Notes: a model not told the origin generated them from the sequence alone. A DNA stretch of 64,000 bases from Bacillota bacterium (GCA_023459335.1 JAEWUO010000005.1:11168-75167); one strand, 5' to 3'. Positions 1 to 9,975 are shown, counted from the stretch's first letter. Numbers and translations are program-made.

Positions 1-69
1 GCGGGTGTAAGCACGGGTGCTGAACTTCGGCTCGCGCGCCTGTTTTAACTTCATGCTTGTCTTTGCCAT
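1..69 (-). CDS. rpsN: 30S ribosomal protein S14, N-terminal 23 codons only (gene runs off the window start)
   Basis: Hand translation of the minus strand from ATG at 67-69 gives MAKTSMKLKQAREPKFSTRAYTR, the conserved S14 N-terminus. AAGGGAGG RBS lies between the rplE stop (89-91) and this ATG. This is the expected position after L5 in the spc cluster. Confidence 0.85.
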   Translation of the reverse strand, partial: MAKTSMKLKQAREPKFSTRAYTR

Positions 70-88
70 TTTTCGCTATCCTCCCTTA

Positions 89-1039
89 TCAGCCCTGCGC
101 AAACGGGATGCCGAGCTGCGAGAGCAGCTCCTTGCACTCTTCGTCGGTCTTGGCGCTCGTGACGAACACGACGTTCATGCCGCGCACCTTGTCGACGTCG
201 TCGTAGTTGATCTCCGGAAAGATCAGCTGCTCCTTGAGGCCGAGGGCGTAATTGCCGCGTCCGTCAAACGCCTTGTCGGACACGCCGCGGAAGTCGCGTA
301 CGCGCGGCAGGACGATGTTGAAGAGCTTGTCGACAAAATAGTACATCCGGTCGCCCCGGAGCGTAACCTTCGCGCCGATGGTCATGCCTTCGCGGACCTT
401 GAAGTTCGCGACGCTCTTCTTGGCGCGGGTGACGACCGCTTTCTGGCCGGCGATGGTGCTGAGCTCCTTGATGGCCGCCTCGATGCCCTTGGGATTGTCC
501 TTGTCGGAACCAAGCCCCATGTTGATGATGACCTTCTCCAGGTAAGGGATCTGCATGACGTTCTTATATGCGAACTTCGTGCGCATCGCCGGTGCGATCT
601 CCTTTTGATACCGTTCCTTCAGGCGCGGTATCCCCTGCAGCTTCTTCATTTCCGCAGACGCGCCTTTCGCCTTCTTCTCGGCGGGTTTGGCTGCGGCTTC
701 CGCTTTCTTTTCCACCTTGGCGGCTGCTTCCTTGACGGCGCCGGCCGCTTTGGCGACGGTTTCCGCCGCGGCTTCGTTTACAGCTTCCGCCGCTTTTCCG
801 GCGGTTTCGGCGGCGGCTTTGGCTGTCTTCTTGACAACCTTTTCAACTGCTTCAACTGCTTCTTCGGCGGTTTCGGCTGTTGCTTTGGCTGTTTTCTTGA
901 CGGCCTTCTCGACGGCTTCCGCTGCTTCGGCGGCCTTCGGAGCTGCCTTCTTCGCGGCTTTTTTCACTTCTTCAACGACGGTTTCGGCTGCTGCTTCCAC
1001 GGCGTCGGTTACGGTTTCGATATCTTTCTTCGTTGCCAC
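89..1039 (-). CDS. rplE: 50S ribosomal protein L5 carrying a ~130-aa N-terminal Ala/Lys/Glu-rich extension
   Basis: The C-terminal 186 aa ([18 protein letters not shown]...GIPFAQG) is canonical L5. The frame stays open upstream to GTG at 1037-1039, which is preceded by GGAAGGAGGAA directly after the rplX stop. The internal ATG at 647-649 has no comparable RBS. Confidence 0.9.
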   Translation of the reverse strand: MATKKDIETVTDAVEAAAETVVEEVKKAAKKAAPKAAEAAEAVEKAVKKTAKATAETAEEAVEAVEKVVKKTAKAAAETAGKAAEAVNEAAAETVAKAAGAVKEAAAKVEKKAEAAAKPAEKKAKGASAEMKKLQGIPRLKERYQKEIAPAMRTKFAYKNVMQIPYLEKVIINMGLGSDKDNPKGIEAAIKELSTIAGQKAVVTRAKKSVANFKVREGMTIGAKVTLRGDRMYYFVDKLFNIVLPRVRDFRGVSDKAFDGRGNYALGLKEQLIFPEINYDDVDKVRGMNVVFVTSAKTDEECKELLSQLGIPFAQG

Positions 1040-1060
1040 TTGTCGGTTCCTCCTTCCGCC

Positions 1061-1402
1061 TTAGTCTATGACTTTGCCGCACTTTTTACAGACGCGGACG
1101 CTTTTTTGCTTCTTCTCGCCGGAGATTTCAATCTCCTTTAATTTATGGGCGATGCGGGTGGGCTTGTCGCATTTCGGGCAGACCAGCATCACGTTGGACG
1201 CGTGCATGGTGCCTTCTTTATTGATGCGGCCGCCGGGCTGCCCCTGCTTGCGGGGTTTGATATGGCGGGTGATCATCGCCGCGCCCTGCACGACGACGCG
1301 CTCGTCCGTGGGCTGCGTCTCGAGCACCTTGCCCTTCTTGCCTTTGTCTTTGCCGGAGATGACAACGACGGTATCGCCTTTCTTGACGTTTAAGCTGTTC
1401 AT
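1061..1402 (-). CDS. rplX: 50S ribosomal protein L24 with a C-terminal CxxC...CxxC module
   Basis: KOW-type N-terminus MNSLNVKKGDTVVVISGKDKGKKGKV. Position between rplN and rplE. C-terminal CPKC and CKKC pairs. Confidence 0.95.
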   Translation of the reverse strand: MNSLNVKKGDTVVVISGKDKGKKGKVLETQPTDERVVVQGAAMITRHIKPRKQGQPGGRINKEGTMHASNVMLVCPKCDKPTRIAHKLKEIEISGEKKQKSVRVCKKCGKVID

Positions 1403-1416
1403 GTCATGCTCCTCCC

Positions 1417-1785
1417 TTACAGTACTTCCGGCGCGAGGGACACGATTTTCATGTAGTCCTTCTCGCGCAGTTCGCGCGCCACCGGCCCGAAGATACGGGT
1501 GCCGCGGGGTTGTTTCTGATCGTTGATGATCACTGCGGCGTTGTCGTCGAAACGGATATAGCTTCCGTCCGGCCGCTGAATGCCGGACACCGTGCGCACG
1601 ACAACCGCGCGAACGACGTCCTTTTTCTTGACCGCGCCGCCCGGAGAAGCGGACTTGACGCTGGCCACGATGACATCGCCGATATTGGCGGACTTACGGT
1701 AGGAACCGCCCAGCACGCGAATGCACATGATCTCTTTCGCGCCGCTGTTGTCCGCGACCTTTAATCTGGTTTGCGGTTGAATCAT
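1417..1785 (-). CDS. rplN: 50S ribosomal protein L14
   Basis: [27 protein letters not shown]... is canonical L14. Start refined to the internal ATG with a GGAGGAA RBS; the tracked ORF extends 19 codons further upstream. Confidence 0.95.
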   Translation of the reverse strand: MIQPQTRLKVADNSGAKEIMCIRVLGGSYRKSANIGDVIVASVKSASPGGAVKKKDVVRAVVVRTVSGIQRPDGSYIRFDDNAAVIINDQKQPRGTRIFGPVARELREKDYMKIVSLAPEVL

Positions 1786-1805
1786 ATTCCCAGTTCCTCC
1801 AATCG

Positions 1806-2063
1806 TTACTTCGCCTTTTCGACGATCTCGACGAGGCGCCACCGCTTGTCTTTGCTGATGGGGCGCGTTTCCATAATCTTTACGGTATCGCCGACGCCGC
1901 AGAGGTTCTCTTCATCGTGAACCTTGAACTTTCTCGTGCGGTTGACCATCTTGCCGTACAACGGATGGCGCACCTTGGTTTTGATGGCGACGACAGCCGT
2001 CTTGTCCATTTTATCGCTGACGACCACGCCGATACGGGTCTTTCTATAGCCTCTTTGTTCCAT
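1806..2063 (-). CDS. rpsQ: 30S ribosomal protein S17
   Basis: [27 protein letters not shown]...[12 protein letters not shown] matches S17. Start refined to the internal ATG. Confidence 0.95.
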   Translation of the reverse strand: MEQRGYRKTRIGVVVSDKMDKTAVVAIKTKVRHPLYGKMVNRTRKFKVHDEENLCGVGDTVKIMETRPISKDKRWRLVEIVEKAK

Positions 2064-2083
2064 CTTGCTCTGTCCTCCTCCCG

Positions 2084-2284
2084 TTACTCGGCGCTCGCAA
2101 GCTCGCGCTCGCGGATGATTGTCTTGACTCTGGCGATATCCTTTTTGCATTCGCTGATGCGGTTCGGGTTGGAAAGTCCGCCGGTAGCCGACTGAAAGCG
2201 AAGGTTGAACAGCTCGCTCTTGAGCTCTTTTTCCTGAGCGGCAAGCGCGTCGTTGGTCATCTCGCGAAACTTATTTGCCTTCAT
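2084..2284 (-). CDS. rpmC: 50S ribosomal protein L29
   Basis: [31 protein letters not shown] is canonical L29. Start refined; it overlaps the rplP end by 14 nt. Confidence 0.93.
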   Translation of the reverse strand: MKANKFREMTNDALAAQEKELKSELFNLRFQSATGGLSNPNRISECKKDIARVKTIIRERELASAE

Positions 2285-2711
2285 CGGATTCACCACCCTT
2301 TTCGGTTTCCTTCTTGACCACCTTGCACTTGAGTGGGAGCTTGTGCATCGCAAGGCGAAGCGCCTCGTGCGCTTCCTCCGGCTCAACGCCGGCGATCTCA
2401 AACAGGACACGGCCCGGCTTCACGACGGCAACCCAGTATTCCGGGGAACCTTTGCCGCTGCCCATGCGCGTCTCGGCGGGTTTTTCGGTGACGGGCTTGT
2501 CGGGGAAGATCTTGATCCAAACCTGGCCGCCGCGCTTGATGTAACGCGTCATGGCGACACGCGCGGCCTCGATCTGCTGGCTGGTGACCCAGCTGGGTTC
2601 CAGCGCGACAAGGCCGTATTCGCCGTAGGTGATCGTGTTGCCGCGCGTGGCTTTGCCTTTCATGCGGCCGCGAAATACCCTGCGCCGTTTGACTCTCTTC
2701 GGCATCAACAT
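2271..2711 (-). CDS. rplP: 50S ribosomal protein L16
   Basis: [25 protein letters not shown]... is a canonical L16 N-terminus. Operon position fits. Confidence 0.96.
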   Translation of the reverse strand: MLMPKRVKRRRVFRGRMKGKATRGNTITYGEYGLVALEPSWVTSQQIEAARVAMTRYIKRGGQVWIKIFPDKPVTEKPAETRMGSGKGSPEYWVAVVKPGRVLFEIAGVEPEEAHEALRLAMHKLPLKCKVVKKETEKGGESDEGK

Positions 2712-2713
2712 GG

Positions 2714-3385
2714 TTACTTGCCCCCTTCCTCGCGCTTTTCGGAAGCGTTGCGCTTGCCGAGCAGCTCGCCCTTGTAAATCCAGACCTTGCAGCCGATGCG
2801 GCCGTAGGTGGTCTTCGCTTCCGCGAAACCGTACTGGATGTCCGCACGCATGGTCTGCAGCGGGATGGAACCGTCGTGGTATCCCTCGCTCCTCGCGATT
2901 TCCGCGCCGCCGAGACGGCCGGAGACCATGAGCTTGATTCCCTTGACGCTGTTTTTCTGCATCGCGCGGCCCATTGCCTGCTTCATCGCGCGGCGGAAGC
3001 TGATACGCTTCTCGAGCTGGCTCGCGATGTTCTCCGCAACCAGCTGGGCGTCCGCGTCCGGATCACGGATTTCCATGATGTTGACGCTCACGTCCTTGCC
3101 GATCGCCTTTTTGATATCTTCCTTGATCACTTCGATGCCCGTGCCGCCCTTGCCGATGAGAAGGCCGGGACGCGCGGTGAAGATGCTGACGGTGATCTTG
3201 CCGGCCGCGCGGTCGATCTCGATGCGCGAAATGCTGGCGAGGAAATATTTCTTCTTCACGAAGTCGCGGATTTTGCGGTCCTCGACGAGGAAATCGGCGA
3301 AATCCTTCTTGGAGGCGTACCAGCGGGTATTCCAGTCCTTGATGACGCCGACGCGGAAACCGTTTGGATTAACTTTTTGACCCAT
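2714..3385 (-). CDS. rpsC: 30S ribosomal protein S3
   Basis: [24 protein letters not shown]... contains the S3 KH-domain signature. Confidence 0.97.
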   Translation of the reverse strand: MGQKVNPNGFRVGVIKDWNTRWYASKKDFADFLVEDRKIRDFVKKKYFLASISRIEIDRAAGKITVSIFTARPGLLIGKGGTGIEVIKEDIKKAIGKDVSVNIMEIRDPDADAQLVAENIASQLEKRISFRRAMKQAMGRAMQKNSVKGIKLMVSGRLGGAEIARSEGYHDGSIPLQTMRADIQYGFAEAKTTYGRIGCKVWIYKGELLGKRNASEKREEGGK

Positions 3386-3399
3386 TGCTCATTTCCTCC

Positions 3400-3786
3400 T
3401 TACTTCGCCTGATCCAGCACGACCGTGATGTGGCTCGAACGCTTGTGGATTGCGCTTGCGCGTCCGTGCGCCCTCGGCCGGAAACGCTTCAGGGTCGGTC
3501 CCTGATTCGCGTAGATCTCGGCGACGTAGAGCTCGTCGCGGTTGAGGTCAAGGTTGTTTTCCGCGTTCGCAATCGCGCTCTTGAGGAGCTTGGCCACCGG
3601 CTCGGTTGCCGACTTCGGCGTGTAGAGCAGGATCGCTTCGGCTTCCTTGACGCTCTTGCCGCGGATCAGGTCGATCACGGCCTTTACCTTCCGCGAGGAG
3701 ATCCGGATGTATTTTGCGGTCGCGTGCGGGCGTTTGTCTGCGTTCGCCGCGCGCTTGGCCGACTTTTCTCTCATTCTGGTTGCCAT
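3400..3786 (-). CDS. rplV: 50S ribosomal protein L22
   Basis: [25 protein letters not shown]...[20 protein letters not shown] matches L22. Confidence 0.95.
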   Translation of the reverse strand: MATRMREKSAKRAANADKRPHATAKYIRISSRKVKAVIDLIRGKSVKEAEAILLYTPKSATEPVAKLLKSAIANAENNLDLNRDELYVAEIYANQGPTLKRFRPRAHGRASAIHKRSSHITVVLDQAK

Positions 3787-3801
3787 TTGCTTCGTTCCTC
3801 C

Positions 3802-4083
3802 TTACTTCGCAGAAGAGGACTTCTCGGAGCCCCTGTGTCCTCTGAACGTACGCGTCGGCGCGAATTCGCCGAGCTTATGGCCGACCATTTCTTCGGTGAT
3901 GTACACAGGCACGTGCTTTTTGCCGTCATGCACCGCGATGGTGTGTCCGACCATCTCCGGGAAGATGGTAGAGGCGCGAGACCATGTCTTGACGACGGTC
4001 TTTTTTCCGCTCGCGTTCATCGCCTGAATGCGCCCCATGAGGCGTTCGCTGACAAACGGGCCTTTTTTAACCGATCTGCTCAT
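3802..4083 (-). CDS. rpsS: 30S ribosomal protein S19
   Basis: [16 protein letters not shown]...[38 protein letters not shown] matches S19. Confidence 0.97.
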   Translation of the reverse strand: MSRSVKKGPFVSERLMGRIQAMNASGKKTVVKTWSRASTIFPEMVGHTIAVHDGKKHVPVYITEEMVGHKLGEFAPTRTFRGHRGSEKSSSAK

Positions 4084-4106
4084 TGTATATCTCCTTCCTC
4101 TTCCCG

Positions 4107-4946
<840 letters not shown>

Positions 4947-4958
4947 GGTTCGTCCTCC

Positions 4959-5255
4959 TTACTGCGAGATGCTGTCGAAGAACTCGATGCCTTTGGAGTT
5001 CTCCTTCAGCTTCACATAGGCCTTTTTCTTGCTCGGCGTGCGGCCGGAGCTGTTGCCCTGGCGGCGGATTTTGCCGTCGAGGTTAACGGTGCGCACGCTC
5101 TCGACTTCCACGCCGAAGACCTCTTCCACCGCCTTTTTGATCTCGATCTTGTTTGCGGATTTGTCCACTTCGAACGTATAGGTCTTGCCGGGGAACAGAT
5201 CGTATGTTTTTTCGGTCAGAACCGGCTTTCTCAGAATGTCGTAGGGGCTCTTCAT
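4959..5255 (-). CDS. rplW: 50S ribosomal protein L23
   Basis: MKSPYDILRKPVLTEKTY... matches L23. ATGA overlap with the rplD stop. Confidence 0.95.
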   Translation of the reverse strand: MKSPYDILRKPVLTEKTYDLFPGKTYTFEVDKSANKIEIKKAVEEVFGVEVESVRTVNLDGKIRRQGNSSGRTPSKKKAYVKLKENSKGIEFFDSISQ

Positions 5256-5875
5256 TGCGCGTACACCTCCTCGATCTTCTTGGCCGACGCCTCGGTGAGG
5301 ATCAGCTGCTTGTACTTGAGAATCTCATACGCGCTCAGGGTGCCGACCAGCGTGGTTTTCACGCCCGGGATATTCCGCGCGGCGCGCTCCACGGTGGCGT
5401 TGGGTTCCGGCAGGACGATGAGCGCCTGCCCGGCCTTGACGGCCTCGAGAACCTTGACCATCTCTTTGGTCTTGGCTTCCTTAATATTCAGCTCGTTGAC
5501 AAGGACGAGTTCGTTGTCGAGCACCTTGCCGGAAAGAGCGGACTTCATCGCGACGCGCTTGACCTTCTTGTTGACGCGGATCGTGTAGTCGCGGGGTTTC
5601 GGCGCGAATACCACGCCGCCGTGCCGCCACTGGGGCGAACGGGTGGAACCCTGCCGGGCGCGGCCGGTGCCTTTCTGACGCCACGGTTTGATGCCGCCGC
5701 CGGAGACTTCGGCGCGGGTGAGGGCGCTCTGCGTGCCCTGACGGCAGTTGGCGAGGTGCGCCTTGACGACCTCGTGCAAAACATATTGATTGACCGGCTG
5801 ACCGAATACGGCTTCAGAGAGTTCGTATTCGCCGACTTTCTTGCCGGTGATATCGACCATCGTAACTTTAGGCAT
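5252..5875 (-). CDS. rplD: 50S ribosomal protein L4
   Basis: GGGIKPWRQKGTGRARQGSTRSPQWRHGGVVF is the L4 signature. Confidence 0.96.
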   Translation of the reverse strand: MPKVTMVDITGKKVGEYELSEAVFGQPVNQYVLHEVVKAHLANCRQGTQSALTRAEVSGGGIKPWRQKGTGRARQGSTRSPQWRHGGVVFAPKPRDYTIRVNKKVKRVAMKSALSGKVLDNELVLVNELNIKEAKTKEMVKVLEAVKAGQALIVLPEPNATVERAARNIPGVKTTLVGTLSAYEILKYKQLILTEASAKKIEEVYAQ

Positions 5876-5889
5876 ACTCTTGCTCCTCC

Positions 5890-6516
5890 TTACTTCACGG
5901 TGCTCGTCACGGTGACGAGTCCGCCCTTCGGGCCGGGAACCGCGCCCTTGACGAGCAGGAGATTCCGCTCGGCGTCCACGCGCACGACCTCGAGGTTCTG
6001 CACGGTGACGGTTTCGCTGCCCATGTGGCCCGGCAGGTTCTTGGTCTTAAACACGCGGGACGGGCTGGAGTTTGCGCTCATGGAGCCGACGCCGCGGTGA
6101 TAGTGCGAACCGTGCGTCATTTTGCCGCGGTTCTGGTTCCAGCGCTTGATAACGCCCTGAAATCCCTTGCCCTTGCTCACGCCGCGCACGTCGATTTTGT
6201 CGCCTTCGGCGAACATGTCCGCCTTGATCACCTGGCCGACGGTGTAGCTTGTCGCGTCGTCGAGCTTGAACTCTCTCATATAACGGAGGGGTTTTATTCC
6301 CGCTTTGGCAAAATGTCCCGTGTTCGGTTTATTGGAGAGCTTTTCGCGCAGCTCGCCGAATCCAACCTGAACGGCGTCGTATCCGTCGGTCCCGACGGTC
6401 TTCTTCTGGATGACGGGGCAGGGACCGGCCTGGATGACTGTCACGGGGATCATGGTACCGTCAGCTCGGAACATCTGCGTCATACCGATCTTTTTGCCCA
6501 AAATGGCTTTCTTCAT
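5890..6516 (-). CDS. rplC: 50S ribosomal protein L3
   Basis: [16 protein letters not shown]...[12 protein letters not shown] matches L3. Start refined to the internal ATG. Confidence 0.95.
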   Translation of the reverse strand: MKKAILGKKIGMTQMFRADGTMIPVTVIQAGPCPVIQKKTVGTDGYDAVQVGFGELREKLSNKPNTGHFAKAGIKPLRYMREFKLDDATSYTVGQVIKADMFAEGDKIDVRGVSKGKGFQGVIKRWNQNRGKMTHGSHYHRGVGSMSANSSPSRVFKTKNLPGHMGSETVTVQNLEVVRVDAERNLLLVKGAVPGPKGGLVTVTSTVK

Positions 6517-6532
6517 GTTTACCTCCGATTGG

Positions 6533-6838
6533 TTACAGTTTGATCTCGATGTCGACGCCGGCCGGCAGATCAAGCTTCATCAGCGCGTCAACGGTTTTGG
6601 AAGACGGCTGGAGAATGTCGATCAGACGCTTGTGCGTGCGCATCTCGAATTGTTCGCGTGAATCTTTATACTTATGGGTTGCGCGCAAAATGGTAACGAT
6701 CTCCGTTTCCGTGGGCAGGGGGATCGGTCCACTGACCTGCGCTCCGGTTCTCTTGGCGGTTTCTACGATTTTCTCTGCGCTCTGATCGATCAGAGAGCTT
6801 TCATACGCCTTGAGCTTGATGCGAATTCTGTTTGCCAT
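6533..6838 (-). CDS. rpsJ: 30S ribosomal protein S10
   Basis: [43 protein letters not shown] matches S10. AAGGAGG RBS upstream of ATG at 6836-6838. The tracked ORF's 72-codon upstream extension was rejected. Confidence 0.95.
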   Translation of the reverse strand: MANRIRIKLKAYESSLIDQSAEKIVETAKRTGAQVSGPIPLPTETEIVTILRATHKYKDSREQFEMRTHKRLIDILQPSSKTVDALMKLDLPAGVDIEIKL

Positions 6839-7080
6839 GTTATTGATATCCTCCTTCGTAATGAGGCTGTACACAAAGCCGTGTGTTTCCTTCTTCATAA
6901 GGCAGGCCCAGCCTTTCGGCTGTGCTCTATACTCGTTCGGGACTGCACGATGCGCTCTGTTGACTCGCCCTCGCCCGCGATGCGGACGTTGGGTCTGAGC
7001 GGAAATTACCCGGATGGCAGAACCGGCAACCTCCCGTTCATCCCATACGCGCACAAAAAGATAGCCTTTTTCGGCGCGAA
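6839..7080 (-). promoter_or_regulatory. Long (~240 nt) GC-rich 5' leader of the S10 operon; possible structured ribosomal-protein leader
   Basis: Non-coding stretch between candidate promoter P2 and the rpsJ ATG. It contains several local hairpins, e.g. CAGCC-GAAA-GGCTG and ACACA-cggctt-TGTGT on the minus strand. Confidence 0.4.
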
Positions 7081-7087
7081 CAGTCTT

Positions 7088-7116
7088 ATTTTACACGGTC
7101 GATATAGGGAATGCAA
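7088..7116 (-). promoter_or_regulatory. Candidate sigma-70-type promoter P2 of the S10 operon
   Basis: Minus strand reads TTGCAT-N17-TAAAAT with a TG at the extended -10 position. Confidence 0.5.
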
Positions 7117-7258
7117 GAAGAATTTTAATATATATCGCGGTTTTTTTCGTCGGGAAACAGGCAAAATTTATCATTTGGACCAAATATAGCGGTTTATTTG
7201 GAAAAAATGCCCGTTTTTCACAAAATATGCGCTTTTCAAGACTTTTTCGCGCTTATGC

Positions 7259-7287
7259 AGTATAGCATGATATTCAGCGTTCCTCAA
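7259..7287 (-). promoter_or_regulatory. Candidate sigma-70-type promoter P1 of the S10 operon
   Basis: Minus strand reads TTGAGG-N17-TATACT preceded by TGc (extended -10). It lies just downstream of the ATPase terminator. Confidence 0.45.
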
Positions 7288-7299
7288 GCGAGCTTTTCT

Positions 7300-7338
7300 T
7301 ACAAGGGAAAAGCGCGCCGGTCTTGATTCCGGCGCGCC
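7300..7338 (-). terminator. Rho-independent terminator after the metal ATPase gene
   Basis: 9-bp GC stem GCGCGCCGG/CCGGCGCGC (7312-7320 and 7329-7337) followed on the minus strand by TTTTCCCTT. Confidence 0.75.
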
Positions 7339-7378
7339 TTGCACCGCCCTATATATCACGCTATATATAAGGAAGCGA

Positions 7379-9454
7379 TTATCCGTTTGCCTGCTTTGAA
7401 ATGCCGAACAGCGTCAGCGTATTGAACACGCAGATGAGCGCCGCTCCCACATCCGCAAGGACCGCGACCCACATGCCCGCGAGGCCGAGCGCGCCTAAAA
7501 CGAGAGCCGAGGTTTTAATGCCGAGCGCGATGACAATGTTGCTTTTCGCTTTTCGTACGGTGCGGTGCGCGGCGTACACCGCAAACGGCAGGCTCTTCAG
7601 GTCTTGTGTTAAAAGCAGCGCGTCCGCCGCCTCCGCCGCCATGTCCGTCCCGCCGATGCCGACCGCCATGCCGAGATCCGCGCCAGCGAGCACGGGCGCA
7701 TCGTTGATACCATCTCCGACGAAGAGCGTCTCCCCGACCCGCGCGCGGATCTCACGCATCCGTTCGAGCTTGTCGGCCGGCTGGAGCTCCGCGAACGTTT
7801 CCGTCACGCCGAGCGCGCGCCCGATTCCGTCCGCTGCTTCAGCGCTATCGCCGGTGAGGATCGCGGTATACCCCACCCGTTCGTTCAGTTCCGTGACCGC
7901 CGCCTTCGCGCTCTCCCGCACACGGTCGCCCACATAAATCGCGCCGGCATACGCGCTGTCGAGCGCGACGAGCACGCTCGCATCGGAGTCGTGTTCGATT
8001 CCCAGCTCCGTCATCAACGCGCGGCTTCCGACCGCGACGCGCCTGCCGCCGACGTTGGCGGTCATACCTTTTCCGGCGATCTCCCGCACGTTTTCGGCGG
8101 AATACCCGCGCGTATCCACCCGCGCGATCGCGGTGGCGATGGGATGCAGGCTGTGCTGTTCCGCGGCTGAAACCAGCGCGAGCAGTTCCTCCGGCGGCAG
8201 GGCTGCGCTCTCGACGCGCTGCACTTGAAACTCGCCTTCCGTCAGCGTGCCTGTCTTGTCCAGAACCGCCGCCTTAATCCGCGGCAGCCGCTCCAGCGCA
8301 TCCGCCCCTTTGAAGAGCACGCCCGCTTTGGATGTGATCGCGAGCCCCGCGAAGAACGTCAGCGGAATGCTCAGGACCAGCGCACACGGGCAGGAAATCA
8401 CGAGAAAGATCAGAGCCCTGTGGATCCATTCACTCCAGAGACCCGCGCCGAAGAGCGGCGGCAGCACCGCGAGCAGCGCCGCGGCGCTGATGACCGCGGG
8501 CGTGTAGTAGCGGGAGAAACGCGAAATAAAGCGCTCAATTTCAGGCTTGCTCCGCGTCGCGTCTTCCACCGCGCGCAGCAGCCTGCCGGTCGAGGATTCG
8601 GAAGCGGTCCTGGAAACGCGGATGATCAGCGGACCGTTGGTATTGACCGCGCCCGCTGATACCTCCGCGCCGATCCCGGCGAGCATGGGTTTGGGTTCGC
8701 CCGTCAGCATCGAAACGTCCAGCAGGCTTTCGCCCGCGGCCACGACGCCGTCCAGCGGAATCCGCTCGCCGACTTTGACCAGTATCGTTTCTCCGACGGC
8801 GATTTCTTCGGGTTTGACCATCTGCTGAACGTCATTGACAATCCGGCGTGCTTTGTCGGGATGCAGTTCCACCGCGTCCGCGATGCGCGCGCGGCTCCGG
8901 CGCACCGCAGCCTCCTGAAGCCCTTCGCCGATCCCGTAAAAGATCATAACGGCCGCCGCCTCCGCATAGTCGCCAAGCAGCACCGCGCCGATGGTGGCGA
9001 CGCTCATGAGTACGTTTTCGTCGAAAAATCTCCCTTTGACGAACCCTTTCACCGCGCGGAAAAGCACCGGATATCCCGTCGATACATACGCCGCGATCCG
9101 GAGCGCCGTCTCCGCCCGGCTTTGCGCGAAATAACTTGCAGTCAGCAGCAGAACGCCGATCCCGATCGGTATGAAACGCGACCAGTTTAGTTTTTCGTCG
9201 CTTTCCGCGCGCACTTGCCCGCACGCGCATGATTCGCAATTGTCCCCGCCGCAGCTGTCTTTACCGCGTGTATCCGAACAGGCGCAGCCGTCGCCGCATC
9301 CATCGTCGTCATGTTTGCGAGAAGGCGGCGTTTTCTTCGGTTTGTTCTTCATTCGCGTCTTCTTTAATTCCCGATCTGATCCGCAGATGCAATGTTCTTC
9401 ATCCAACCCGCAGTATTTGCATTTTTCGCTTGGTCCCGTGACGTCGTTAAGCAT
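7379..9454 (-). CDS. P1B-type heavy-metal (Cd/Zn/Co-type) translocating ATPase with a Cys-rich N-terminus
   Basis: CPC transmembrane motif (VISCPCALV), DKTGTLT phosphorylation site and GDGINDAP hinge. Start refined to ATG 9452-9454, which overlaps the ArsR stop (ATGCTTAA). Confidence 0.92.
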   Translation of the reverse strand: MLNDVTGPSEKCKYCGLDEEHCICGSDRELKKTRMKNKPKKTPPSRKHDDDGCGDGCACSDTRGKDSCGGDNCESCACGQVRAESDEKLNWSRFIPIGIGVLLLTASYFAQSRAETALRIAAYVSTGYPVLFRAVKGFVKGRFFDENVLMSVATIGAVLLGDYAEAAAVMIFYGIGEGLQEAAVRRSRARIADAVELHPDKARRIVNDVQQMVKPEEIAVGETILVKVGERIPLDGVVAAGESLLDVSMLTGEPKPMLAGIGAEVSAGAVNTNGPLIIRVSRTASESSTGRLLRAVEDATRSKPEIERFISRFSRYYTPAVISAAALLAVLPPLFGAGLWSEWIHRALIFLVISCPCALVLSIPLTFFAGLAITSKAGVLFKGADALERLPRIKAAVLDKTGTLTEGEFQVQRVESAALPPEELLALVSAAEQHSLHPIATAIARVDTRGYSAENVREIAGKGMTANVGGRRVAVGSRALMTELGIEHDSDASVLVALDSAYAGAIYVGDRVRESAKAAVTELNERVGYTAILTGDSAEAADGIGRALGVTETFAELQPADKLERMREIRARVGETLFVGDGINDAPVLAGADLGMAVGIGGTDMAAEAADALLLTQDLKSLPFAVYAAHRTVRKAKSNIVIALGIKTSALVLGALGLAGMWVAVLADVGAALICVFNTLTLFGISKQANG

Positions 9455-9830
9455 GCCGTTGTTCCTCTCCACACCCGGCGACTTCCAGCAGCCGCCGTAT
9501 CGTTTCGCCGATTTGATTTTTACTGATATAGTAAACCGTTCGCTGTCCGCTTTTTCGGAACTGAATCGTGTCAAACTGACGCAGCACGCGCAGGTGGTGC
9601 GAAACCGCGGGCTGGCTCATCCCCAGCAGGTCCGCCATCTCGCAGACGCACAGTTCGCCCGAGGCGAGCATGCACAGGATCCGCACGCGCGTGGCGTCCG
9701 ACAGCAGCGTAAACACCGCCGCCGTATCCACCGCCTCGCTCTCATCCGGCAAATGCGCGCGTATCAACTCTTCGTACTGTTTATCGACATGCGAGACGCC
9801 GCATACCGGCAGTTCCGTGTCCGCTTTCAT
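9447..9830 (-). CDS. ArsR/SmtB-family metal-sensing transcriptional repressor
   Basis: ELCVCEMADLLGMSQPAVSHHLRVLRQ is the winged-HTH signature with the CVC metal site. Translationally coupled to the ATPase. Confidence 0.92.
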   Translation of the reverse strand: MKADTELPVCGVSHVDKQYEELIRAHLPDESEAVDTAAVFTLLSDATRVRILCMLASGELCVCEMADLLGMSQPAVSHHLRVLRQFDTIQFRKSGQRTVYYISKNQIGETIRRLLEVAGCGEEQRHA

Positions 9831-9853
9831 AAGCGCTCCTTTATATAAATACT

Positions 9854-9888
9854 TGCTTATATATTAGCATTTTACTCGTGTATGTCAA
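9854..9888 (-). promoter_or_regulatory. Promoter of the arsR-ATPase operon with an overlapping near-palindromic operator
   Basis: Minus strand reads TTGACA (9883-9888), N16, TAATAT (9861-9866). A 16-bp near-palindrome TGCTAATATATAAGCA (9854-9869, 2 mismatches) covers the -10. Confidence 0.6.
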
Positions 9889-9935
9889 GCATATATCGCC
9901 CCTTTCCTTCGTCTTTTTTTATTCTTTTATTCATC

Positions 9936-9975
9936 ATAAAAAAACAGGCTTTCGTCAGAAAGCCTGTTAAAAAAT
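9936..9975 (-). terminator. Terminator after the GntR gene (bidirectional shape)
   Basis: 11-bp stem AACAGGCTTTC/GAAAGCCTGTT (9943-9953 and 9958-9968) flanked by an A-run and a T-run. Confidence 0.8.

Noticed and set aside
17-1141. 374-aa plus-strand ORF covering rplE
   Set aside because: It is antisense to a canonical ribosomal protein gene. The Arg/Gly/Phe/Leu-rich low-complexity translation is typical of shadow ORFs in GC-rich DNA, and there is no RBS.
6839-7054. 72-codon N-terminal extension of rpsJ, and similar upstream extensions of rplN, rpsQ, rpmC and rplC in the ORF track
   Set aside because: The conserved protein N-termini begin at internal ATGs that have proper Shine-Dalgarno sequences. 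The extensions are Arg-rich read-through of intergenic or preceding-gene sequence.
6839-7080. S10 leader considered as a known housekeeping RNA gene (RNase P, SRP, tmRNA, 6S, T-box)
   Set aside because: I could find none of the signature motifs of those RNAs, for example the RNase P GGAAAGUCCGG-type box, SRP domain IV, or T-box sequences. It is kept only as an unclassified leader candidate.
7171-7359. 62-aa minus-strand ORF between the ATPase gene and the S10 promoters
   Set aside because: It runs through the ATPase terminator hairpin and the promoter elements. It has no RBS and is most likely non-coding.
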